NCBI GenBank assembly: GCA_030595665.1
Contig: JAUVCV010000009.1
Coordinates: forward strand, 27,724 to 59,723
Direction: 5' to 3'
DNA: 32,000 nt
Origin: Methanogenium sp.
GTDB lineage: Archaea; Halobacteriota; Methanomicrobia; Methanomicrobiales; Methanomicrobiaceae
Shown here: positions 17,333 to 26,060 of the stretch, one piece after another
Layout of the letters: every line of letters starts with the position of its first letter
How positions within the stretch are numbered: the first letter of the stretch is position 1
Notes under the pieces: model-generated
Database searches by the model: none
Told to the model about the DNA's origin: nothing
The model's input: the letters and a program-made list of their open reading frames with translations, nothing else
Made by a program: the position numbers and the translations under genes

Positions 17333-18163
17333 CTACGGGAGGGATATTTCCACACCATATACCTTTGCGGGAGTTTCTGCATGAATAGTCCATGCATCAT
17401 CTTCAGAAAAGACGCCCCGTTCAAGGTATCTCCGGGTATATCGCGGCACGGATTTTGGCCCGATGACTGATCCCGGGCGGGAGATGTCATCCATATAGTC
17501 ACTCTCCATCGTGAAGGTAAGGTGGTTCTCTGCCGCTGTCGGGATGCCCTCGTGGCGTGCAAGAAGGGAGGGCATAAGAGGCGTATCCGGCATGCCGAAA
17601 TGTTTTACCACCCGTTTTGGTGACATCCCGATCTGTTTTGCCATCTCAGCGACATCGATGCATGGCCCTGTCTCCGCATGTATCTGGAGCGCACAGTCAT
17701 GGTCATGCGCAAGAGTAAGAGCGTGCTGTAAAATGCGGTTTGATGCATCCCAGACATCCGGTTCAACCGGATAATGGGGGCGCCCTGATTTCAGTGCGAC
17801 TGCTGACTGGTCCTGTACATATTCTGCTGCAATGTCAAGGCCGCGTTTCATCACGTCTTCTGCATCAGACAATGACATCCGCTCTGTCAGTCTGCCAATC
17901 TCTGCCGGATGAACACCGAATATAGGAAATACCACCACACCTGTCTCCCGGATGGCGGCGGCTGTCTTCAGGGTGATTTCATATACCTCCCTGAACTCAT
18001 CTCCGGTGACGGGATGAATATTGTGAGACCAGGACGGTTTTGTGACGAGGAACATATGTGTTCCGCCCGCCCGGAAAAAGTCCTTGGCCGCTTCTGTTCC
18101 CCGGCCGTTTTCCCGGTCAATGTGGATATGATCGTCTGTTACGGGAAATCCTAACCCCGTCAT
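17333..18163 (-). CDS. TatD-related TIM-barrel metal-dependent hydrolase (COG1099-like)
   Basis: 276 aa. It has the N-terminal metal-ligand motif DDHIHID, with internal His/Asp positions typical of the amidohydrolase/TatD fold. Confidence 0.65.
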   Translation of the reverse strand: MTGLGFPVTDDHIHIDRENGRGTEAAKDFFRAGGTHMFLVTKPSWSHNIHPVTGDEFREVYEITLKTAAAIRETGVVVFPIFGVHPAEIGRLTERMSLSDAEDVMKRGLDIAAEYVQDQSAVALKSGRPHYPVEPDVWDASNRILQHALTLAHDHDCALQIHAETGPCIDVAEMAKQIGMSPKRVVKHFGMPDTPLMPSLLARHEGIPTAAENHLTFTMESDYMDDISRPGSVIGPKSVPRYTRRYLERGVFSEDDAWTIHAETPAKVYGVEISLP

Positions 18164-18489
18164 TTGATCTCAAGGATTTCCATGAGGGGATATTCGCCGT
18201 CAAACTTCAGGGATGCAATGCATGTTGCGTCTTCTACCGTGGTCTGAATCTCAACCTCAAACATTTTTCCTGCCAGTTCACTGTAGCCGAATGCATTGAT
18301 TTCCATCATGTCGGTATTGATAGTAACAGAAACCGAAGCCACGCAGGGCTGCAGGGCGACTGCATTTGCAATGGCCGTCTCAACGGATTTGGCCGTGTCC
18401 GGTGATATGGGGGTGCCTACCCACTGGTGGTAGAGGGCACCAAGTTTTATTCCTGCTTCAAAAGCAGCCTGAATTTTATTGTCTGTCAT
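18160..18489 (-). CDS. Archaeal-type dihydroneopterin aldolase family protein (MptD-like, methanopterin/folate branch)
   Basis: FEAGIKLGALYHQWVGTPIS matches the remembered MptD/DUF381 signature. The ATG at 18487-18489 is preferred to the GTG at 18519. Its stop overlaps the TatD-like start (ATGA). Confidence 0.55.
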   Translation of the reverse strand: MTDNKIQAAFEAGIKLGALYHQWVGTPISPDTAKSVETAIANAVALQPCVASVSVTINTDMMEINAFGYSELAGKMFEVEIQTTVEDATCIASLKFDGEYPLMEILEIK

Positions 18490-18543
18490 AATATACAGGT
18501 GGTTTCTCTGTTGAATCACTTAAATCAGTGGGTCTGGGCTCAT

Positions 18544-20673
18544 TCATATGAGCTTTATTACCCCATGGCGTATTTCCATTGCTTCTCCTGACATTGTCAG
18601 TTTTTCTACCATCTTTTCGATATCATCCTTTTTGTATCCGGCTGTGATGAGATTGCCGGTGATATCAGCAATCTGTGCATTGCCTTTATCGTCCGCCAGT
18701 TCACGAATTGTCTCTTTTAGAATCCGTGCAATATCCCGGCGTTTCTTTGAGACACCGGTGACCAGTTTGTCAATATCGTATGTTCCGGTTTCAGCGTCAT
18801 ATGCCACTTTCTTCAGGCATCTGTCGGCAATCGTAATGACTCTGTCAGCGTCAGAAAATTCAATCTCATCACTGAGGCGAATACGTGCACTTGCCTCTGC
18901 AAGACGCACCAGTCCTTCCAGCTGCCGCGCTGTGACCGGTACCGGTTTACTGTTATCATCCGCGAGACGTCTCAGATTCAGATAATAACTCATGATGTGC
19001 TCGCGGGCATCATCAGAGAGAATCGGGAAACAGTTCCGTTTTGAGTAGGCAATGTATTTCCGGAAAAGTTCCGGGTCTATCTCCGGAGTGACGGGTGCCA
19101 GCTGGCGTTTGATGTATTCTTCATCGATGCCTTCCATCGGGAATTTTGAATTGTGCTCAATCAGTTCACCGACACTGTGGGCTTTCAGGATATGTTCACC
19201 AATGGCACGGTCCAGTTTCTCTTCCGGCTTGTCCTCCATAATGAAGATGAGGTCAAACCGTGACAGGAGTGATGGCGGCATATTAATCTGCTCGGCTATT
19301 GGAGCATACTCATCGAACCGCCCCATCTTTGGGTTTGCCGCTCCCAGAAGAGCACACCGTGTCTTCAGGGTAGCGGTGATGCCTGCCTTCGCTATGGATA
19401 CGGTCTGCTGTTCCATCGCTTCATGGAGTGCACTGCGATCTTCTTTTGCCATCTTATCCATCTCATCAACCGCAGCGATACCCATGTCCGCAAGGACCAG
19501 TGCACCTGCCTCAAGTGTCCACCGGCCGTCACCAAATTCGTCTTTGACGGCAGTTGCAGTCAGACCGGCAGACGTGGATGATTTGCCACTGGTATAGATG
19601 CCACGGGGAGAGAGCTTGATGACATATCGTAACACCTGGGACTTTGCAATACCCGGGTCTCCCACCAGAAGCATGTGTATATCCCCCCGAAGACGGCTTC
19701 CGTCCGGCATCAGTTTTGCAATACCGCCGAAGAGGACGAGTGATATAGCCGTTTTGACATCCTGCATACCATAAATGGACGGTGCAATGGATTGGGTTAT
19801 TTTATCATATATTTCGGGATCTTTGCTCAGTTCCAGAATGACTTCTTCTTCTTTTTCTGAGATTGCGACCTCTTCGAACTCCTTCTCGCCTATTTCAATG
19901 GAGTTGGCTTCGATGTAGATATCAAAGAGGGTGCTTTTCTGGCCGTGGTTCATCCGCTGGACGGAACGGAGAATGCCGTTGATGACGACCCGGTCACCCG
20001 GCGAAACTGATCCCGATAAGTCGTCAGTTACGTCAACGTCAAGCGTCTGCGGCTGTTCCCCGCCCCGCAGCCCTTCGGGTGATTCCTGTATGCGTAATTT
20101 TTGTGCATCGACAAAGGTGGAGAGTGCCGGCACAAGTTCCATCTTTGTTGTCCGTTCACACTGGGCGCATGGCCGGTAGGGTTCCTGAAATCGTGTATAC
20201 TCCTGCCGGTACGGTGCACTCATGGTGCCACACTGAAGGCACCGGAAGACTGCCTGTATCAGCCGGGGACGTACTTCTGTTGTTTTTCTGAGAATTCCTT
20301 CTACCGAGATGAAGGTGTTAATATGGTGGGAACGGATGTCACGGACATCAATTTTCCGGGGAAGGGAACGGAAACGGATATTGATGTGGTCAGCTTTTTC
20401 TTCATCATCCTTGGTAAATATCAGATTATAATTTCTGATTGCATCTTTCACATCCCCGATAACCTTGCCGGGACTTTTCAGGAGTTCATCAGCGATTTCA
20501 AGCCCGGTTTTTCCCCACTCAGAGAGTTTCCGGTAATCTATTTCAAGAGATTTCAGGTGTGGATACTGTGCACTGATTTCTCCGATTTCTTTTCGATAAT
20601 GTTTCTTGAGAAATTTGTTCCAGTCGGCTGCACGGTCGATAATTTCCATATTGTCAATCTCTTCTTCTTCCAC
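18544..20673 (-). CDS. mcm: Minichromosome maintenance (MCM) replicative helicase
   Basis: Zn finger CLQCG...CAQCE, Walker A GDPGIAKSQ, Walker B AVDEMDKM, and arginine finger SRFDL. Start is uncertain: the track gives GTG 20712. I prefer GTG 20673, which lies 8 nt downstream of a GGAGG (20682-20686) abutting the rfcS stop. ATG 20649 is also possible. Confidence 0.93.
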   Translation of the reverse strand: MEEEEIDNMEIIDRAADWNKFLKKHYRKEIGEISAQYPHLKSLEIDYRKLSEWGKTGLEIADELLKSPGKVIGDVKDAIRNYNLIFTKDDEEKADHINIRFRSLPRKIDVRDIRSHHINTFISVEGILRKTTEVRPRLIQAVFRCLQCGTMSAPYRQEYTRFQEPYRPCAQCERTTKMELVPALSTFVDAQKLRIQESPEGLRGGEQPQTLDVDVTDDLSGSVSPGDRVVINGILRSVQRMNHGQKSTLFDIYIEANSIEIGEKEFEEVAISEKEEEVILELSKDPEIYDKITQSIAPSIYGMQDVKTAISLVLFGGIAKLMPDGSRLRGDIHMLLVGDPGIAKSQVLRYVIKLSPRGIYTSGKSSTSAGLTATAVKDEFGDGRWTLEAGALVLADMGIAAVDEMDKMAKEDRSALHEAMEQQTVSIAKAGITATLKTRCALLGAANPKMGRFDEYAPIAEQINMPPSLLSRFDLIFIMEDKPEEKLDRAIGEHILKAHSVGELIEHNSKFPMEGIDEEYIKRQLAPVTPEIDPELFRKYIAYSKRNCFPILSDDAREHIMSYYLNLRRLADDNSKPVPVTARQLEGLVRLAEASARIRLSDEIEFSDADRVITIADRCLKKVAYDAETGTYDIDKLVTGVSKKRRDIARILKETIRELADDKGNAQIADITGNLITAGYKKDDIEKMVEKLTMSGEAMEIRHGVIKLI

Positions 20674-20686
20674 CTGGTGTGCCTCC

Positions 20687-21658
20687 TTACTGGTTTGCAA
20701 TTTTTTCAGCACTCAGTACAATATTTGCAATCAGTGCTTCCATCTGTATATCGCTGTTTGCCCCTTCACTCAGACGGAAGTCTGCTTCGCCAAGGTGCGA
20801 TATTAATTGTGTTTTCAGCCGGCGTTCAAGTGGCATTTTGATAATGGACCGGTACATCTGGTTTATCAGTTCATTTGGTGCAATACCCCGCGAATAGAGG
20901 AGTTCATGCACCAGCGCTTCTGCTCCTTCATAGTCACCGGCAACAGATGTCTGCATCAGCCCCTCAATTTCCTCCGGGCGTGCCGTTGATGTGATCTCAT
21001 AGATCATATCTTCGTTTATTTTCTGGCTGACAATGGCCGCACCCTGTAATGCGTTGATGGCCTTTCTCATATCACCCTGGGCGACATAGACGATTGCATC
21101 CAGTGCTTCGGTGGTGCATTCCAGTCCTTCCGTCTCGGTGATGCGGGCAATTTCTGTTGTTATCGCCTCTTTTGAGAGGGGTCTGAACCGGTATATGGCA
21201 CATCTGCTCTGAATGGGGTCGATAATTTTTGAAGAGTAATTGCAGGAGAGAACAAATCTGCAGTTGGGTGCGTAATTCTCCATCGTGCGGCGCAGTGCTG
21301 CCTGTGCGTCAGGCGTCAGCGCATCTGCCTCATCAAGGAAGAGAATCTTAAATTCTGCTCCTCCAAGGGGTGCTGTCCGCGCAAACTGTTTAATCTGGTT
21401 TCGTACGACATCGATGCCCCGTTCGTCGGATGCATTCAGTTCCCGGAAATTCATCTGCCATGTATCGCCAAAAAATTCCCGTGCCAGGGCGACCGCAGAC
21501 GTTGTCTTTCCAATACCTGCATTTCCGGTAAACATGAGATGCGGAAGGTTTCCTGAACTGACATATGATTTCAGGCGGGAGACTATTTCGTCCTGCCCGA
21601 CAACGTCATCCAGCACCAACGGGCGGTATTTTTCAATCCAGATTGTATGTGTTGTCAT
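20687..21658 (-). CDS. rfcS: Replication factor C small subunit (canonical)
   Basis: 323 aa. [18 protein letters not shown], Walker [10 protein letters not shown], Walker [12 protein letters not shown] motif QSRCAIYRF. Confidence 0.93.
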   Translation of the reverse strand: MTTHTIWIEKYRPLVLDDVVGQDEIVSRLKSYVSSGNLPHLMFTGNAGIGKTTSAVALAREFFGDTWQMNFRELNASDERGIDVVRNQIKQFARTAPLGGAEFKILFLDEADALTPDAQAALRRTMENYAPNCRFVLSCNYSSKIIDPIQSRCAIYRFRPLSKEAITTEIARITETEGLECTTEALDAIVYVAQGDMRKAINALQGAAIVSQKINEDMIYEITSTARPEEIEGLMQTSVAGDYEGAEALVHELLYSRGIAPNELINQMYRSIIKMPLERRLKTQLISHLGEADFRLSEGANSDIQMEALIANIVLSAEKIANQ

Positions 21659-21836
21659 TTTTATTCCCTACCCCGTAATCGTATGTCGCAGACTAGTACA
21701 TCTGTTGATATGATATTCTTCATTGAAAAGTATTAGAGCATCGATTGATGTCTGTGTTTGTGCATACAGACAGATTGCTCTTCACCCGGCAGATATGATC
21801 TATACGTGTCCAATAGATACAATATTGATTGTCCGG

Positions 21837-21844
21837 ATAAAAAT
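21837..21844 (+). promoter_or_regulatory. TATA-like box (ATAAAAAT) for the 21864 gene
   Basis: Centred about 24 nt upstream of the ATG at 21864, which implies a leaderless or very short-leader transcript. Confidence 0.35.
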
Positions 21845-21863
21845 GATACCGTAAGGATATCCC

Positions 21864-22556
21864 ATGGAATCGTACCAGAAAATATTTGCTGAAGACCTGA
21901 ATGCAGGGAGAACAGACGCACAGAATAATGGAATCCGGGCTCTTTCCGGGAGAACTATTACGAGATGCCTTTTGTGTGGCGCACTCACCGAGGTCCCGGG
22001 TATGGGAAAATTGATGGTATCTCTTTCTCTGTATGACCCGACGGGTGTGCTGGTTGTGGGATGCCATACGGGCAATGCCAAAATATCCGCATTTTTACGG
22101 GAGACAACCTTCCCGGTGTTTGTTCTCTGTGCGGCAGAGATCCAGTGCACGGCAGGGGAGTGCAGGCCTGTGCCGGAATCAATGGTGCCGGTCTCACGGG
22201 CGGTGCGGGACACGTTTGTTGTCGCTGCAGCAGGGGACCTCGTTGACTATATTGAGGATACGCCTGCAATAAATCCGGACCTGAGAAAACGGTTGTGTGA
22301 TATGGCAGAGAAGGCGCTTCTAACCGTTGCGACAGTGAGTCCGGGCCCTGTTGTAGCGGACGATGCGGTAATTTTACAGGTGGAAACAGAGATTCGGGAT
22401 ATTTCCGATGAGAAAAATTCTGTGGCAGTTGATGAACTGATTGCCGCACTGGAGAAAAAAGGTGTGTCTCCTGACACAACCCGTGCTGCTCTGAAGGCCA
22501 TGATTGATGATGGTGACTGTTATCAGCCCAAACCGGATATAATCAGATTATTGTAA
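21864..22556 (+). CDS. RPA-associated-protein-like OB-fold protein (COG3390/RPAP-like) with a C-terminal winged-helix-like tail
   Basis: 230 aa. YQKIFAEDLN..., LCGALTEV..., LSLYDPTGVLVV and VPVSRAVRDTFVV resemble the remembered COG3390 pattern (R.FA.EfN ... VG.vTEv ... DPTG ... RD.WV). The assignment is from memory and was not searched. Confidence 0.45.
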   Translation: MESYQKIFAEDLNAGRTDAQNNGIRALSGRTITRCLLCGALTEVPGMGKLMVSLSLYDPTGVLVVGCHTGNAKISAFLRETTFPVFVLCAAEIQCTAGECRPVPESMVPVSRAVRDTFVVAAAGDLVDYIEDTPAINPDLRKRLCDMAEKALLTVATVSPGPVVADDAVILQVETEIRDISDEKNSVAVDELIAALEKKGVSPDTTRAALKAMIDDGDCYQPKPDIIRLL

Positions 22557-22561
22557 AAAAT

Positions 22562-23320
22562 ATGACCCCTGAGTTTATCTCCGGCGGGCCTGCACTTCTG
22601 ATGAAAAACACGTGCAGGCTCCTCGTGATTGCTGATGCGCATTTTGGTGCTGAATCCGGTTTCTCCCGGAAAGGTGTTCATATCGCAAGCAACAGCCGCG
22701 AGCGTCTCCGGCGGATATGTTCGTGTATTGATGAAACAGATCCTGATATGCTTCTGTTCCTGGGGGATCTGAAGCATTCGGTTCCTTTGATGAGCCATCA
22801 GGAGTTTGCAGAACTGCCTCAGATTCTTGATACCATCAGGAAGAAAATTCCGTTCCGGCTGATTCCGGGGAATCATGACGGGGGCATTGAACGTTTTTTA
22901 GAGCCGGAAGAACTGCTGCCGAAGAGGGGGGCACTGATTGACGGGACGTGGTATGTGCACGGGCATATGCATCTTCCCCCGGAATCCGTGGGGAATCTGA
23001 TTGTATGCGGGCATCATCATCCGGTGGTAAGCCTGTATGACGAGGTGGGGTGCTCTCTCCGGGCGCAGCCGGCATACCTGTTGGCAGAAATAGATGAGGA
23101 GTGTGCCGGGCTTGCTCTACATGAAAACGGCCGGAGCACCCGCATTCTCTTCATGCCGGCATTCTTTGAGTATGCCGGGGGGCTTGATGTGCGCATCATT
23201 CATGCGAGTAAACTGAGCCCGGTGTCACGCTGTTTTGATGCGGAAAACGCCGAAGTATTCTTAGGGGACGGGACATATATTGACCGTCTGGGGAGGCTTA
23301 TAAAAAATGCCCGCGCGTAA
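22562..23320 (+). CDS. Calcineurin-like binuclear metallophosphoesterase (MPE/Rpe-type, COG1407-like)
   Basis: Motifs in order: DAHFG, GDLKH, GNHD, HGH, GHHHP. Its end overlaps the helicase start by 14 nt. Confidence 0.8.
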   Translation: MTPEFISGGPALLMKNTCRLLVIADAHFGAESGFSRKGVHIASNSRERLRRICSCIDETDPDMLLFLGDLKHSVPLMSHQEFAELPQILDTIRKKIPFRLIPGNHDGGIERFLEPEELLPKRGALIDGTWYVHGHMHLPPESVGNLIVCGHHHPVVSLYDEVGCSLRAQPAYLLAEIDEECAGLALHENGRSTRILFMPAFFEYAGGLDVRIIHASKLSPVSRCFDAENAEVFLGDGTYIDRLGRLIKNARA

Positions 23321-25997
23321 TCTCTTATCTCCTGAAATTCAGGCGACGCTTCTGAAACGAAATTTTCTGGAACTGTCTCTCACGCAGCAGAAGGCAATTC
23401 CTCCCATCATGGAAGGGAAACATCTCCTCCTTATCGCACCAACCGGCACCGGGAAGACGGAGAGTGCCATGCTCCCGGTGTTTGACCGGCTTATTCATCT
23501 GCCGGGAAGCGGGTTTAAAGCCTTGTATATCACCCCACTTCGTGCCTTAAACCGCGATATTCTCTTTCGTCTGCAGTGGTGGTGCCATGAACTGGGGCTC
23601 TCCGTGGGAGTTCGTCACGGGGATACATCGCAGTATGAAAGGAGAAAACAGGCGCTGAATCCTCCTGACCTTCTGATAACAACGCCCGAAACCCTTCAGG
23701 CACTCTTCATCGGCAAACGTCTCCGGGAACATCTGCCCCAGGTCCGGTATGTGATAATTGATGAAATTCATGAACTCGCCGGAAGCAAACGGGGGGCCCA
23801 GTTGTCAATCGCCCTTGAGCGTCTTGCAGAATATGCAGGGGAGTTCCAGAGAATCGGTCTGTCTGCTACCGTGGGAAATCCGGAAGAGGTGGCCTCGTTT
23901 CTCACCGGAAAAGACCGCCCTCATGCTATTGTCAATATCCCCGCTGCACCGCATATGGATATCTCTGTCCGGTTTGCGGGAGAGGATTTTGATTCCCAGG
24001 TGCGGGCGGTTGAGCGGTGCATTGACCATGACAAATCCTCACTGCTGTTTGTCAATACGCGTTCAACCGCAGAGGCGCTGGGGCACCGCCTGTATGAACG
24101 GGGTGATGTGGAAGTGCATCACGGCTCTCTTTCAAAAGAGGTTCGGATTGATGCGGAAGACCGGTTTAAACAGGGAAAAATCCGGTCGCTTATCTGCACA
24201 TCGTCCATGGAGCTGGGTATTGATATCGGGCACATCGAACGGGTCATTCAGTTTGGATCCCCACGGGAGGTGTCGCGCCTTTTGCAGCGGGTAGGGCGGG
24301 CCGGGCATCGCCTTGACACGGTTTCCCACGGGACGATTCTTGCCACCGGGTTTGATGATCTCTGTGAGTCTCTCGTTATTACCCGCAAGGCAAAACAGAA
24401 TGAGTCAGAGGACGTCTCCATCATCCATGGTGCACTGGATGTGCTGGCGAACCAGATTGCCGCCCTTCTGGTGGAGTATGGGGAAATAACCATCGGCCGG
24501 GTTACGGCGATTATTCAAAGGGCATATGGGTTTTATGACTGTGGTGCGGTGCCTGAGGTATGCGGGCAGATGGCAGAGCACCGGCTCATCAGAATGGAAG
24601 GAAATCTCCTGACACGAACCGGGCGGTGCCGGACATATCTGTATGGCAATCTCTCGATGATTCCCGATGAGAAAAAGGTGCAGATTTTTGATCTGGTCTC
24701 ACGCCGCCCGGTGGGCACCCTTGATGAATCCTTTGTGATTGGCTGGATTAACACCGGTGCAACCTTTATTGTCAAGGGCCAGCTCTGGCAGGTTGTTGAC
24801 CTGGATGACGGGAAAATAATTGTTGAACCGGCTCATTCGGCAACGGGTGAACTGCCTTCATGGGAGGGGGAACAGATACCGGTGCCGTTTGCGGTCGCAC
24901 AGGAAACGGGACGTCTCCGCCGGACCCATGCATTTGCCGCGTATGGTGCCGGTGCATTGTCTGAGACCTATGCAGATGATATTATCTCCTCGATGGAGGA
25001 TAGTGGTGCACCGGTTGCATCAGACAATCTTGTGACACTTGAACATTTTGACGATGGCGTTGTCATGAATATCTGCGGGGGGCACAAGGCAAATGAGGCC
25101 CTTTCCCGTGTGCTGTCTATTCTTCTGACCGCCCGGTATGGTTCCAGTGTGGGTATTGAGGTCGGGGCATACCGGATTGTATTCCGCCTGCCGTCCGGAA
25201 TCCGGGCGGGAGATCTCCGTGACCTTCTGTATTCCGTCGACCCGGCACATATTGAAGGGCTTCTCCGGCTGGCGATGAAGAGAACGGCACTCTTTAAGTA
25301 CAAAATTGTTCAGATTGCAAAGAAATTTGGTGCGATTGATCAGCAGGCCGATTACGAACGCATCAGTATCCACCGGCTTCTGGAGACGTTTGAGGACACT
25401 TCCATCCAGACGGAGACCTACCGGGAACTCTTCACCACTATTATGGACGTAAAAGAGGCGGCCCGTCTGGTCCAGCAGATACAGTCAGGTGAGACAGAGG
25501 TGGTGATTGCCCCCCTGTCTGCAATCGGAAGGGAAGGGCTTTCATCATCCCGTGATATTATCCCGCCCCCGAGTGCTGATCAGGCAATCATTGCTGCGGT
25601 GAAACGCAGAATCGAGGATGATAATATTCTCCTCTTCTGCATGAACTGCCGCAAATGGAAGAGTCTTACCAAAGTGTCACGGGTATCTGAACAGCCCCAG
25701 TGCCCGAAATGCGGGGCACGTCTGGTGGCAGCACTCAAACCGTGGGAGGATGAACTTATTCCCACCGTAAAAAAGAAGCAGAAGACGAATGAAGAAAAAG
25801 CCACTGAACGACGGTTCATGAAGAATGCCAATATTGTTCTGTCAAGCGGGAGGCAGGCGGTGGTGGCGCTTGCCGCCCGGGGGGTGGGGCCGGAGAATGC
25901 CTCACGCATCATAGCGAGGATGTGTGACGGCGATGATTTTTACCGGGAGATTCTAAAGGCGGAACGGAATTATATTAAGACGCACCGGTTCTGGTAA
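23307..25997 (+). CDS. lhr: Lhr-type (large helicase-related) superfamily-2 DEAH-box helicase
   Basis: 896 aa. Motif I APTGTGKTE, motif II DEIHEL, motif VI QRVGRAGH, then a long DEAD-associated C-terminal region with the Zn ribbon CMNCRK...CPKCG. Confidence 0.85.
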   Translation: MPARNLLSPEIQATLLKRNFLELSLTQQKAIPPIMEGKHLLLIAPTGTGKTESAMLPVFDRLIHLPGSGFKALYITPLRALNRDILFRLQWWCHELGLSVGVRHGDTSQYERRKQALNPPDLLITTPETLQALFIGKRLREHLPQVRYVIIDEIHELAGSKRGAQLSIALERLAEYAGEFQRIGLSATVGNPEEVASFLTGKDRPHAIVNIPAAPHMDISVRFAGEDFDSQVRAVERCIDHDKSSLLFVNTRSTAEALGHRLYERGDVEVHHGSLSKEVRIDAEDRFKQGKIRSLICTSSMELGIDIGHIERVIQFGSPREVSRLLQRVGRAGHRLDTVSHGTILATGFDDLCESLVITRKAKQNESEDVSIIHGALDVLANQIAALLVEYGEITIGRVTAIIQRAYGFYDCGAVPEVCGQMAEHRLIRMEGNLLTRTGRCRTYLYGNLSMIPDEKKVQIFDLVSRRPVGTLDESFVIGWINTGATFIVKGQLWQVVDLDDGKIIVEPAHSATGELPSWEGEQIPVPFAVAQETGRLRRTHAFAAYGAGALSETYADDIISSMEDSGAPVASDNLVTLEHFDDGVVMNICGGHKANEALSRVLSILLTARYGSSVGIEVGAYRIVFRLPSGIRAGDLRDLLYSVDPAHIEGLLRLAMKRTALFKYKIVQIAKKFGAIDQQADYERISIHRLLETFEDTSIQTETYRELFTTIMDVKEAARLVQQIQSGETEVVIAPLSAIGREGLSSSRDIIPPPSADQAIIAAVKRRIEDDNILLFCMNCRKWKSLTKVSRVSEQPQCPKCGARLVAALKPWEDELIPTVKKKQKTNEEKATERRFMKNANIVLSSGRQAVVALAARGVGPENASRIIARMCDGDDFYREILKAERNYIKTHRFW

Positions 25998-26060
25998 TCC
26001 GCACATAGGCAGTGCAGAAGGAAATACTATACCCCGTTACACCAAACATTTGTTGATTCT

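Noticed and set aside
17281-17562. 5' extension of the DUF424 ORF to 187 aa as given in the track
   Set aside because: The extension overlaps the 3' end of the TatD-like gene in another frame and is Arg/Ser/Pro-rich junk. The conserved DUF424 sequence starts at MKIHR (17280).
20101-20841. 246-aa plus-strand ORF across the MCM N-terminus and the rfcS end
   Set aside because: It is antisense to two confidently identified genes and has no recognisable motifs.
21659-21863. Possible replication origin in the divergent rfcS / RPAP-like intergenic region next to mcm
   Set aside because: I found only a 7-bp hairpin (TGTCTGT...ACAGACA) and two GATATGAT copies. There are no repeated ORB-like boxes, no long AT-rich unwinding stretch and no orc1/cdc6 gene nearby.
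18544-25997. Inteins in MCM, RfcS or Lhr (common in archaeal replication proteins)
   Set aside because: Lengths are standard (about 710, 323 and 896 aa), and the Walker A/B regions are contiguous with no Cys/Ser...HN insertion blocks.
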